The notes under the pieces were generated by a model that was not told the DNA's origin, searched no databases, and worked only from the letters and a program-made list of their open reading frames with translations. A program made the position numbers and the translations under genes. A stretch of 63,701 nt of DNA, filler included, from Octopus bimaculoides (taxonomy: Eukaryota): NCBI RefSeq assembly GCF_001194135.2. It is 11 parts of 11 records of this genome, joined end to end, with 100 filler letters (N's around TTAATTAATTAA, not from the genome) between each part and the next. Parts side by side here need not be neighbours in the genome. Positions count along the whole stretch, not along the records: positions 1 to 2,072 come from NW_026343097.1; positions 2,173 to 7,425 come from NC_069005.1; positions 7,526 to 10,261 come from NW_026411312.1; positions 10,362 to 20,305 come from NC_068982.1; 7 more parts are not named here. One strand, 5' to 3'. This document shows, in pieces, positions 1 to 11,067 of this stretch; position 1 is the first letter of the stretch, and every line of letters begins with the position of its first letter.

Positions 1-148
1 TTCAGTTTCCGTCTACCAAATCCACTCACAAGGCTTTGGACGACCCGAGGATCTAGTAGAAGACTCTCGTCCAAGGTGCCACGCAGTGGGACTGAACCTA
101 GAACCATGTGGTTGGTAAGCAAGCTTCTTACCACAAGGCCACGCCTAT
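1..148 (-). mobile_element. SINE family A, tRNA-derived head and core (cut by window edge)
   Basis: Reverse complement reads ATAGGCGTGGCCTTGTGGTAAG...GGTTCAGTCCC (Pol III A/B-box-like), followed by the core shared with many copies in the window. Confidence 0.85.
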
Positions 149-153
149 ATATT

Positions 154-196
<43 letters not shown>

Positions 197-201
197 ATAT
201 A

Positions 202-1540
202 CGAGGAGGTACGCAAAAGAAACCGGAATTTTGCAATATTATATTTTATTCACTTAGTTTTACATGTTTACACCATTGCCGCCTTCAAAGTATTCTCCAT
301 TTGAAGCAACGCATCGGTCCAGGCGCGTTTTCCTCTCTTCGAAACAGTCCTGGAACTCTTGCGAAGTGATGCCTTTTAACGCCTCTGTCCTGTTTTTTAA
401 TATTCACCTCTTACACATCTGCAAAACATTTTCCTTTAAGGACTTTTTTTCATTCGGGAGAACAGAAAAAAGTCGCAGGGAGCAAGATCGGATGGGTAAG
501 CGAGGTCATGCCACTTTTGGCAAAAATTGTCTCNNNNNNNNNNNNNNNNNNNNNNNNNNNNNNNNNNNNNNNNNNNNNNNNNNNNNNNNNNNNNNNNNNN
601 NNNNNNNNNNNNNNNNNNNNNNNNNNNNNNNNNNNNNNNNNNNNNNNNNNNNNNNNNNNNNNNNNNNNNNNNNNNNNNNNNNNNNNNNNNNNNNNNNNNN
701 NNNNNNNNNNNNNNNNNNNNNNNNNNNNNNNNNNNNNNNNNNNNNNNNNNNNNNNNNNNNNNNNNNNNNNNNNNNNNNNNNNNNNNNNNNNNNNNNNNNN
801 NNNNNNNNNNNNNNNNNNNNNNNNNNNNNNNNNNNNNNNNNNNNNNNNNNNNNNNNNNNNNNNNNNNNNNNNNNNNNNNNNNNNNNNNNNNNNNNNNNNN
901 NNNNNNNNNNNNNNNNNNNNNNNNNNNNNNNNNNNNNNNNNNNNNNNNNNNNNNNNNNNNNNNNNNNNNNNNNNNNNNNNNNNNNNNNNNNNNNNNNNNN
1001 NNNNNNNNNNNNNNNNNNNNNNNNNNNNNNNNNNNNNNNNNNNNNNNNNNNNNNNNNNNNNNNNNNNNNNNNNNNNNNNNNNNNNNNNNNNNNNNNNNNN
1101 NNNNNNNNNNNNNNNNNNNNNNNNNNNNNNNNNNNNNNNNNNNNNNNNNNNNNNNNNNNNNNNNNNNNNNNNNNNNNNNNNNNNNNNNNNNNNNNNNNNN
1201 NNNNNNNNNNNNNNNNNNNNNNNNNNNNNNNNNNNNNNNNNNNNNNNNNNNNNNNNNNNNNNNNNNNNNNNNNNNNNNNNNNNNNNNNNNNNNNNNNAAT
1301 CACTCGTAAACTTGTGTTTTGCTTATGGCTTATAAGCTGTTCGAAGCATGACAACTGTTTCGGACGCCGTTTTCTCCAGCAGAGAACAGAATTTCATGGA
1401 AGCGCGCTGTTCCTTCGTTTCAGCCATCGCAAAATTCGACGAACAGGGGAGAAACACGTGGCAGTACGACTTCAGTCGACGATTCCGGTTGGCGAACTGA
1501 TGCCTGAGGGTTGCATCAAGTGGCGTCTAGCAGCGTAAGT
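202..1540 (-). mobile_element. Decayed mariner/Tc1 transposon spanning the N gap 534-1297
   Basis: Minus strand from ATG at 1427: MAETKEQRASMKFCSLLEKTASETVVMLRTAY (mariner N-terminus); before the gap ..SDLAPCDFFLFSRMKK and TEALKGITSQEFQDCFEERKTRLDRCVASNGEYFEG (C-terminus); TIR-like TA|CGAGGAGGTACGCAAAAGAAACCGGAA at ~200-230; frameshifts and stops. Confidence 0.85.
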
Positions 1541-2036
1541 CTGAACTACAACTATTATTTTAATAAATGTCCATTGTCCTGAAATCTTTCATCACACATC
1601 TGTGACCTCTTCAGCGACAGTTTTCGTTTTCCTGTGTGTTCTTACTCCACTTACTCCATCCTGTTCTTCGAAGGTGTGTATCCTTATGTACGCATGCGTT
1701 TGTGTCCTTGTTTGTCTGTTTAGCGGGGTGGGGTGCGTGCGTGTCTGTACCATAGTTGATATGCTAAAATATTAATCATATTTGGTAATAAAACCGATCT
1801 GAAACAAGGAGCTTCAACAGAGTTAAGAATAAATAAAGAAGAAGAGCCTAGAGAAGGAAAAGGGAAAAGTTGAATATGGTTGTCACCATAGCATTTTGCT
1901 TGTGTGTCTCTTTGGGACGTCCCAAAGAGATACGCAAGCAAGAAAGAGAGAGAGAAAGAGAAGAGGAGAGAGAAAGAGAAGAGGAGAGAGAAAGAGGAGG
2001 GGAGAGAGAGCGGTCCTGAGACAGAGTGAGCGAGCG

Positions 2037-2072
<36 letters not shown>

Positions 2073-2172
2073 NNNNNNNNNNNNNNNNNNNNNNNNNNNN
2101 NNNNNNNNNNNNNNNNTTAATTAATTAANNNNNNNNNNNNNNNNNNNNNNNNNNNNNNNNNNNNNNNNNNNN
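2073..2172. other. Artificial scaffolding linker
   Basis: N44-TTAATTAATTAA-N44, exactly 100 nt, recurring 10 times. Confidence 0.95.
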
Positions 2173-2571
2173 ATCATCATCATCATCATCCTCATCCACC
2201 ACCACCACCGCCTCCTCCTCATTATAACACTAGAAGCTATGAACATTTTTGCCATCAAGTGTGTCTCTTATACATCTTGAGGTCTTGTTGTTGTTGCTAG
2301 TGGTGGTGGTGGTGGCGGTGGCGGTGGTTGTGGTGGTGGCGGTGGTTGTGGTGGTGGCAGTGGCGGTGGTTGTGGTGGTGGTGCTGTTGCTGTTGCTCTG
2401 CTCTCTTGAGCCCATGTCAGCTCTGATTCAACAGACATATGACCTAAGTCATTCCAATCGTAACCATCCCATCTTTTTTCTTGTTTTTTTTTTTGTTGTT
2501 TTTTTTTAGGCATATTTTATAAAACCACATAATCGACAGTCGCCTTACCTTATTTAAAATGGTGACGTTTG

Positions 2572-2635
2572 ATTCAAGGGAGATTTAATTGCTATTTCTA
2601 GCAGGTCATGCAAGCATTTAAAAGCTTCCTCGTTG
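2572..2635 (+). repeat. Repeat family E fragment
   Basis: GGGAGATTT..TGCTATTTCTAGCAGGT motif; related copies at ~5609, ~7337 (-), ~19980, ~41845 (-), ~60150 (-). Confidence 0.55.
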
Positions 2636-2829
2636 ACTTGACAGTCACGAGATTGTCTCATATAACTCTTATGTGCGTGAATATCTGTATGCTTGTCAGA
2701 ATGGATAAGTGTGAGTGTGCGCATGCGTATGTTGTAAGCAGCCTGGACAAACATTGTGTTGTTGTGTACAACAAATACAAACTCAATATTCACTCGCCGG
2801 AAGTGAAAACATTGTCCGCGAATAGTTCC

Positions 2830-3040
2830 TTTATTCTTTTACTTGTTTCAGTCATTTGACTGCGGCCATGCTGGAGCACAGCCTTTAGTCGAATCAAATC
2901 GACCCCGGGACTTGTTCTTTGTAAGCCTAGTACTTATTCTATCTGTCTCATTTTGCCAAACCGCTAAGTTACGGGGACGTAAACACACCAGCATCGGTTG
3001 TCAAGCGATGTTGGGGGACAAACACAGATAAACGATATAC
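2830..3040 (-). mobile_element. SINE family A, 3' half
   Basis: TTTTACTTGTTTCAGTCATTTGACTGCGGCCATGCTGGAGC...ATCGGTTGTCAAGCGATG, near-identical to other copies. Confidence 0.9.
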
Positions 3041-3069
3041 ACACACACATACATAAATATATATATATA

Positions 3070-3205
3070 TACAAAAAACAATAACAAAAAAACAACAAAG
3101 TGAGGACGTGATACGGATAGTGTTATTGGACGCTCGGGAAAGGAAGGAGAGAGAGTATGATGTTTCGGGCGAGCCCTTCGTCGGAAAGACAGAAAGTTCG
3201 GAGAA
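3070..3205 (-). mobile_element. Penelope-like terminal (pLTR) fragment with hammerhead-like core
   Basis: Minus strand CCGACGA-A-GGGC-TC-GCCC-GAAA-CATC followed by T-rich tail; runs into N gap. Confidence 0.55.
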
Positions 3206-3533
3206 NNNNNNNNNNNNNNNNNNNNNNNNNNNNNNNNNNNNNNNNNNNNNNNNNNNNNNNNNNNNNNNNNNNNNNNNNNNNNNNNNNNNNNNNNNNNNNN
3301 NNNNNNNNNNNNNNNNNNNNNNNNNNNNNNNNNNNNNNNNNNNNNNNNNNNNNNNNNNNNNNNNNNNNNNNNNNNNNNNNNNNNNNNNNNNNNNNNNNNN
3401 NNNNNNNNNNNNNNNNNNNNNNNNNNNNNNNNNNNNNNNNNNNNNNNNNNNNNNNNNNNNNNNNNNNNNNNNNNNNNNNNNNNNNNNNNNNNNNNNNNNN
3501 NNNNNNNNNNNNNNNNNNNNNNNNNNNNNNNNN

Positions 3534-3566
<33 letters not shown>

Positions 3567-3645
3567 ATATCTCCACAATGTGTTGATGAGAAAAGCATGT
3601 AATCGCTACCAATATAGCAAGAGATTTCTTCCTCTTTTACCTGCA

Positions 3646-3967
3646 AATCGACCCCAGGACTTATTCTTTGTAAGCCTAGTACTTATTCTATCGGTCTTTT
3701 TTGCCGAACTGCTAAGTTAAGGGGACATAAACACACCAGCATCGGTTGTCAAGCGATGTTGGGGGGAACAAACACAGACACACAAACACACATACATATA
3801 CATATATATATATATACATATATACGACGGGCTTCTTTCAGTTTCCGTCTACCAAATCCACTCACAAGGCTTTGGTCGGCCCGAGACTATAATAGAAGAC
3901 ACTTGCCCAAGGTGTCACGCAGTGGGACTGAACCCAGAACCATGTGGTTGGTAAGCAAGCTACTTAC
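3646..3967 (-). mobile_element. SINE family A copy, trimmed at both ends
   Basis: Tail segment, internal CA/TA microsatellite, core and B-box in family order. Confidence 0.9.
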
Positions 3968-4223
3968 ATGTTCCTAGTTACGACAGAAATTTTTCTTCTG
4001 GTAACACTGCATCTGTCCAATGAAACGAGCGTGTAAATAGATTTATAGAAATAGATTCAATAACATACATTCAATAAACCTTTTGAATTCAAAGAATCTA
4101 TGATATTCTTCCTTTTAAATCAAGGGACGAAAATAAATATATTTTAGGATAATTGATTATAAAAGTTCTCCGACCCCTGGAGTAGACCAATCGCTTACAA
4201 ATGAGAAGAGAAAAATTTCAGAA

Positions 4224-5104
4224 ATAGGCGCAGGAGTGACTGTCGAAAAGACCTGTCAAAAAGAGGATTTTATTTACTTTCTTTCGGGCGTGCCACTGCG
4301 AGATCTCCTGATGGCGACGGGACAATTGCTTGGAGGCCCGGATGAGGAAGATTAGATCTTTAAAAGGAACTTTTATTGAACTTTATTGAACTGCCATTGA
4401 ATTTTTGACTTTTATTGGATTTGTATTGAACAATGTTTTCGAGGGGTTATCGATCGGCGGACGTCGGTGCCTCTCATTTTTATTCACCTTTTGTTATCAT
4501 CTTCATCTCATTAATGTCCGTGTCCAGCCCGCAGCTACTTTACGTTTGTCTGTCCTTGTTTGTCCCCTCTTTNNNNNNNNNNNNNNNNNNNNNNNNNNNN
4601 NNNNNNNNNNNNNNNNNNNNNNNNNNNNNNNNNNNNNNNNNNNNNNNNNNNNNNNNNNNNNNNNNNNNNNNNNNNNNNNNNNNNNNNNNNNNNNNNNNNN
4701 NNNNNNNNNNNNNNNNNNNNNNNNNNNNNNNNNNNNNNNNNNNNNNNNNNNNNNNNNNNNNNNNNNNNNNNNNNNNNNNNNNNNNNNNNNNNNNNNNNNN
4801 NNNNNNNNNNNNNNNNNNNNNNNNNNNNNNNNNNATATATGTATATATATATATATGTATGTGTGTGTATATGTTTGTGTCTGTGTTTGCCCCCCCCCCA
4901 ACATCGCTTGACAACCGATGGTGGTGTGTTTATGTCCCCGTAACTTAGCGGTTCGGCAAAATGAGACCGATAGAATAAGTACTAGGCTTTCAGAGAATAA
5001 GTCCTAGGGTCGATTTGCTCGACTAAAGGCGGTGCTCCAGCATGGCCGCAGTCAAATGACTGAAACAAGTAAAAGATTAAAAGAGTAAAAGAGTAAATAA
5101 AGAA
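4224..5104 (+). mobile_element. SINE family A copy interrupted 20 nt into its head
   Basis: Head ATAGGCGCAGGAGTGACTGT (4224-4243), foreign sequence, gap, then microsatellite and intact tail ending in (TAAAAGAG)n at ~5100; linkage across the gap is inferred. Confidence 0.75.
4244..4572 (+). mobile_element. 3' fragment of a Tx1/L1-like element nested in a SINE-A head
   Basis: Open frame VEKTCQKEDFIYFLSGVPLRDLLMATGQLLGGPDEED* (stop 4353-4355), then a 3'UTR colinear with 53300-53435 (TGAAC repeats, GC-rich block, CCCGCA, TTGTCCC[C/A]TCT). Confidence 0.5.
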
Positions 5105-5608
5105 TTTATTCCAAAACTGACATGGCATAAAAGTCAAAACACATGTTTTGAATGTCTGTAAACGAGAGAACATTAATATAAAGAGCTGTAATGATTTCCA
5201 ATATAAGCAGGTCATGTTTTGAGAGAAACGGCCAGTTACATACACACACGTGTACGCACACGCTAACATATCTATGTATATATATATATATACAAACTTG
5301 TACATACGCGCGTGCGCGCACGTTCATCTAAATATGTGCAACGTGATCTACTTCTCACAGATGTAAACAACCCCAGATGGGTGACACGATGTTTGCATAA
5401 ATTAAGGTCATGTGATGTCTCTACTTCAGCGAACATAATTTTGTAAACAAACCAATTTTATGATATATGTAAACAGCATTATAGACCTATTATCATTAGC
5501 GTCCCAACCGTGCCCATCGCATATCTTATTTTTATTTCTCCAGCCTATGTTATCCAATGCATGCTTCCATCGTTTTTTTTTTTGTTTTTTTTTAACAAAT
5601 ACAGATAT

Positions 5609-5670
5609 GATTTGAGGAACATTTAGCTGCTATTTCTGGCATGTTGAAGGTCCACGTTGATGAGCTTTCA
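5609..5670 (+). repeat. Repeat family E fragment
   Basis: GATTTGAGGAACATTTAGCTGCTATTTCTGGCATGT resembles 2572-2635. Confidence 0.5.
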
Positions 5671-5752
5671 TTTGTTGAACTTAATATCGTTTTTTTGTTT
5701 TTGTTTTGTTTTTTTGGTGGTGATGGTGGTCAGCGATGGCGGCGGCGGTGGA

Positions 5753-5757
5753 TAAGC

Positions 5758-5822
<65 letters not shown>

Positions 5823-6240
5823 CGGACAGACGGACAGACGGACGGACAGACGGACGGACAGACGGACGGACAGGTAGGNNNNNNNNNNNNNNNNNNNNNN
5901 NNNNNNNNNNNNNNNNNNNNNNNNNNNNNNNNNNNNNNNNNNNNNNNNNNNNNNNNNNNNNNNNNNNNNNNNNNNNNNNNNNNNNNNNNNNNNNNNNNNN
6001 NNNNNNNNNNNNNNNNNNNNNNNNNNNNNNNNNNNNNNNNNNNNNNNNNNNNNNNNNNNNNNNNNNNNNNNNNNNNNNNNNNNNNNNNNNNNNNNNNNNN
6101 NNNNNNNNNNNNNNNNNNNNNNNNNNNNNNNNNNNNNNNNNNNNNNNNNNNNNNNNNNNNNNNNNNNNNNNNNNNNNNNNNNNNNNNNNNNNNNNNNNNN
6201 NNNNNNNNNNNNNNNNNNNNNNNNNNNNNNNNGGATAAGC

Positions 6241-6305
<65 letters not shown>

Positions 6306-6459
6306 CGGACAGACGGACAGACGGACGGACAGACGGACGGACAGACGGACGGACAGGTAGGCGAATAGGGAGGCAGACAGAAGAAACAGACAGACAGACA
6401 CACAGACAGACACACAGACAGACAGACAGACACACAGACAGACAAGCAGGCAGGCAGGC

Positions 6460-6539
<80 letters not shown>

Positions 6540-6645
6540 GGATCGATATACAAAGTAGGTAAACAGATCGATAGATTAGATAGACAGACAGATATCAGAC
6601 AGTATATATTAGTAAAAAGAAAGAGCATGAGAAGAGAGAAAGAGA

Positions 6646-6706
<61 letters not shown>

Positions 6707-6720
6707 AGAGAGAGAGAGAA
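5753..6720. repeat. Compound microsatellites (GATA)n,(GACG/GACA)n,(GA)n
   Basis: Direct reading; 5753-5878 is repeated at 6233-6360 across a gap. Confidence 0.95.
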
Positions 6721-6830
6721 GGCAGGAGTCAGAATGGGCAGAAATAGATGCGATGAATTGATATCGGAAGATGCAGTGATTGGAGAAATTTTGGGTCTGT
6801 GTCTGTCTGTCTGGCTGTCTGTCTGTCTGG

Positions 6831-6867
<37 letters not shown>

Positions 6868-7029
6868 CGTCCGTCTGCATGTCTGTTTCTCCGTACAGAT
6901 GTACCCTAGTCTTTACGCGTTTTTCAACTGATGTAATGTCTTTCGGTAGAGAGACGGGGGAGGAGAGATTGGTGGCGGTGGGTGTGGTGGTGAAGAAAAT
7001 TTTTGAGAATACAGACCAGAAGTGAGATG

Positions 7030-7091
<62 letters not shown>

Positions 7092-7192
7092 AAGTACTGC
7101 TACTACCTTGGAAGTCGGTCATGGACAATATTGCAGCCAATCATAATCTTCCAATTTTAGCCTTCATAAGTAGTTGAAAGAGAGAGTGTGTT

Positions 7193-7239
<47 letters not shown>

Positions 7240-7308
7240 GACATAGAAATATAAAGACACCAACAGGGTGGGAGAAGGAAAGACAGTATTTGCTGGGTGG
7301 GGTTGACA

Positions 7309-7380
7309 ACGAGCTTACCAAAGGTTTAAGGTGGTTGCTTGACCTGCTAGATATAGCAACCAATCGTCCTAAATTTACAC
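7309..7380 (-). repeat. Repeat family E fragment
   Basis: GACCTGCTAGATATAGCAACCAATC, reverse complement of the family motif. Confidence 0.5.
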
Positions 7381-7425
7381 TTTACAGTTTGAAATAAGTG
7401 CACTTTTACGACGTGTAACACACAG

Positions 7426-7525
7426 NNNNNNNNNNNNNNNNNNNNNNNNNNNNNNNNNNNNNNNNNNNNTTAATTAATTAANNNNNNNNNNNNNNNNNNN
7501 NNNNNNNNNNNNNNNNNNNNNNNNN
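7426..7525. other. Artificial scaffolding linker
   Basis: N44-TTAATTAATTAA-N44. Confidence 0.95.
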
Positions 7526-7642
7526 TACACATACACAAACATACGCATATACATGCATACTGATACACACACACATATATACATACATATATGCATATAC
7601 ACACACATACACATGTGCACCCGTATATACATATGTATACAC

Positions 7643-7713
<71 letters not shown>

Positions 7714-8208
7714 CATACATATATATACACACTCATACGTCCACATTTATACATATGCACACACGTACCCACGCATATACAAATATACACATGTGTGCGT
7801 GTCCCCACATACACATATGTATCCATCTACATATACACACATGTATAAATAGAAATATATTCATGCACATACACATAGCTATACATCTACGCCTATTACT
7901 TAATCAAATAAACAGATTCGCATATACATATACACATACATATACACATATACATACATATATATGTGTATATATAAAGGAAAAATAACTCAAGTGTTTT
8001 ATATATACATACACACACACACCCATATACATACATCCACATATCCATATATGTGTGTGTGTATGTGTGCATGCATACATATACATATACACACACACAC
8101 ACACATATATTTTTTCGTACACACACACACACACATACACATATATACACACACATACACACATGTACACATACATATACATACATAAACACACATACAC
8201 GCATACAT

Positions 8209-8258
<50 letters not shown>

Positions 8259-8406
8259 CGAAATATGCACTTACATACAGAACCTAATAACGTATATATA
8301 TATGGTTTTATACAAATACATACACAATTATACATGCTTACATATACGTAGATTTGTACACATATACACACACATATATATATATTTATATATATATATA
8401 TATATA
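7526..8406. repeat. Compound (CA)/(TA)/(CATA) microsatellite field
   Basis: Direct reading. Confidence 0.95.
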
Positions 8407-9519
8407 NNNNNNNNNNNNNNNNNNNNNNNNNNNNNNNNNNNNNNNNNNNNNNNNNNNNNNNNNNNNNNNNNNNNNNNNNNNNNNNNNNNNNNNNNNNNNN
8501 NNNNNNNNNNNNNNNNNNNNNNNNNNNNNNNNNNNNNNNNNNNNNNNNNNNNNNNNNNNNNNNNNNNNNNNNNNNNNNNNNNNNNNNNNNNNNNNNNNNN
8601 NNNNNNNNNNNNNNNNNNNNNNNNNNNNNNNNNNNNNNNNNNNNNNNNNNNNNNNNNNNNNNNNNNNNNNNNNNNNNNNNNNNNNNNNNNNNNNNNNNNN
8701 NNNNNNNNNNNNNNNNNNNNNNNNNNNNNNNNNNNNNNNNNNNNNNNNNNNNNNNNNNNNNNNNNNNNNNNNNNNNNNNNNNNNNNNNNNNNNNNNNNNN
8801 NNNNNNNNNNNNNNNNNNNNNNNNNNNNNNNNNNNNNNNNNNNNNNNNNNNNNNNNNNNNNNNNNNNNNNNNNNNNNNNNNNNNNNNNNNNNNNNNNNNN
8901 NNNNNNNNNNNNNNNNNNNNNNNNNNNNNNNNNNNNNNNNNNNNNNNNNNNNNNNNNNNNNNNNNNNNNNNNNNNNNNNNNNNNNNNNNNNNNNNNNNNN
9001 NNNNNNNNNNNNNNNNNNNNNNNNNNNNNNNNNNNNNNNNNNNNNNNNNNNNNNNNNNNNNNNNNNNNNNNNNNNNNNNNNNNNNNNNNNNNNNNNNNNN
9101 NNNNNNNNNNNNNNNNNNNNNNNNNNNNNNNNNNNNNNNNNNNNNNNNNNNNNNNNNNNNNNNNNNNNNNNNNNNNNNNNNNNNNNNNNNNNNNNNNNNN
9201 NNNNNNNNNNNNNNNNNNNNNNNNNNNNNNNNNNNNNNNNNNNNNNNNNNNNNNNNNNNNNNNNNNNNNNNNNNNNNNNNNNNNNNNNNNNNNNNNNNNN
9301 NNNNNNNNNNNNNNNNNNNNNNNNNNNNNCTTTAACGTTCCGAGCTACGTTCTTCAACTGAAAGAAATAAGGAGAAAAACAAGGACAAAAAAATTTAAAT
9401 GTAGTGGTCAGCGATCTATCATGGCCTCTGGACTGTTTTTATTCTGAACTCTACACTCTCCGGCTGCACCTCTCCTACCCGCGGATTACACTAGACCTAT
9501 CTACTGATCTATATATATA

Positions 9520-9843
9520 TTCTTTTATCCTTCTACTTGTTTCAATCATTTCACTACGGCCATACTGGAGCACTGACGTATTCCTCGTACGCCTAAAACT
9601 TATTCTATCAGTATCTTTTGCCGCACCGCTATGTACGGGTCGTAATCACACCAGCATCGGTGGTCAAGCGAAATTGTGAGGACAAACACATACACTCTTT
9701 CAATTTCTGACGACCAAATCCAATCACTAGGCTTTTCTCTGTCCGAGGCTATTTTCGAAGACACTTGCCAAAGGTTCCACGCAATGGGACTGAATTGGGA
9801 ACCACGTGGGTGGTGAGCAAGCAACTTAACACTTAGCCACATT
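9520..9843 (-). mobile_element. SINE family A, diverged copy
   Basis: CTTGTTTCAATCATTTCACTACGGCCATACTGGAGC...GCAATGGGACTGAATTGGGAACCACGTGG. Confidence 0.8.
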
Positions 9844-9974
9844 TTAGGAACGGATAAGATGTTTTGTTTTTTAGATTTGTCTGTCATGCCCAACATATAA
9901 AAATAGACCAATTACGATACGAATAATTGGGGCTGAGGGCTTTTTCCTATATGCTGAAGATCGTATCACCCCTT

Positions 9975-10209
9975 TAAATCGTCTCACTACATGAAAATCA
10001 CAAAAATACACGCGCCTCAAGTAACAGAGTAAGCTAATGGAAATTAGTGACAAAATAGATAGCTTTCGATTAGCTGATTTCTGGTTCTGCCCCATGGCTT
10101 TACTTCGTCAGTAGAGTTTTCATACAGGAAATAAAAGATATATATACATACCTACAGGAAATCAAACGCACGTGTATTTTTGTGATTTTAAAAATGCTGA
10201 GACGATTTA
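9975..10209. mobile_element. MITE-like element with ~38-bp imperfect terminal inverted repeats
   Basis: TAAATCGTCTCA...AAAATCACAAAAATACACG (9975-10012) is the reverse complement of 10171-10209 (12-bp and 19-bp perfect blocks). Confidence 0.55.
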
Positions 10210-10261
10210 GAGTTTATCTTCAGCATATACCAAGAAAACTTATTCTATGACCTTAATTATG

Positions 10262-10361
10262 NNNNNNNNNNNNNNNNNNNNNNNNNNNNNNNNNNNNNNN
10301 NNNNNTTAATTAATTAANNNNNNNNNNNNNNNNNNNNNNNNNNNNNNNNNNNNNNNNNNNN
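10262..10361. other. Artificial scaffolding linker
   Basis: N44-TTAATTAATTAA-N44. Confidence 0.95.
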
Positions 10362-10400
10362 CGTTACGAAGTTTTAACTTCTTTTACTCCTTCTGAGAAA

Positions 10401-10535
10401 ATGCGTAGCTCAGTGGTTAGACAACCGTGCTCTCGATGATCATAAGGCTGCAGGTTCGATTTCCTGTCTGGGAGACCCATCGTTACCTTGGGTGAAGCAC
10501 TTTACTTCGCATTGCTCCATTTCACTCAGTTCAAA
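10401..10535 (+). mobile_element. SINE family D head, diverged
   Basis: GTAGCTCAGTGGTTAG...GGTTCGATTTCC (A/B box), then GCACTTTACTTCGCATTGCTCCA...CACTCAG shared with 10812-11067. Confidence 0.65.
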
Positions 10536-10811
10536 GATTAGTTCTAGCAGCTATTGCGGGTGGGAAGTGGGTACTTAGCCGGTGACAGGGTTTGGAGTGG
10601 GGACTCAAGCATTCTCTCTCACACTTATACACCATGGACAACAGAATAAACTCCGGTCTAACAATTCCTTAGTCTTGTGACGGTTCTATTTACTCATTTT
10701 AGTTGTTTTTACGTATTCCGATATCTCCATCCCAACACGAATATATAAGAATGTCGTGAATAACTGTGGTCTGTGTTGGTAAATTTTGGGAGTTAGTGAT
10801 TGAGTGGAGAA

Positions 10812-11067
10812 GTAGTTGTTGTTCCTTCCCGAATCATACCAAATCATAAGGGCCGGTCTCTCGGTTTCCATGACGTATATATATTCCCGACCTGGACGGG
10901 ACGCCGGTCCTTCGCAGGATTGCTCATTATTGGCAGCTGAGTGGACTGGAGCAACGTGAAATGAGGTATTTTGCTCAAGAACACAACGTGTTGCCCGGTC
11001 TAAGATTGGAACTGCAATCTTACGATCATAAGTCACACACCCTATCCACTAAGCCACGCGCCTCCAC
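10812..11067 (-). mobile_element. SINE family D copy
   Basis: Minus strand GTGGAGGCGCGTGGCTTAGTGG head, ...CTTGAGCAA...CACGTTGCTCCAGTCCACTCAGCTG..., ends in CAACAAC repeats. Confidence 0.8.

Noticed and set aside
2117-2128. TTAATTAATTAA palindrome / PacI-like sites as a biological motif
   Set aside because: Always centred in exactly 100-nt N spacers; synthetic
5753-6360. Direct duplication 5753-5878 / 6233-6360
   Set aside because: Identical sequence either side of an N gap, typical of a contig-overlap artefact
6899-7025. Acceptor-like sites at ~6899, ~12248, ~23384 and ~25948
   Set aside because: No convincing donor or early stops in all frames; such sites are expected by chance
7470-8371. 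HT/YI/CV/MYVC-repeat ORFs here and throughout
   Set aside because: Translations of di- and tetranucleotide microsatellites
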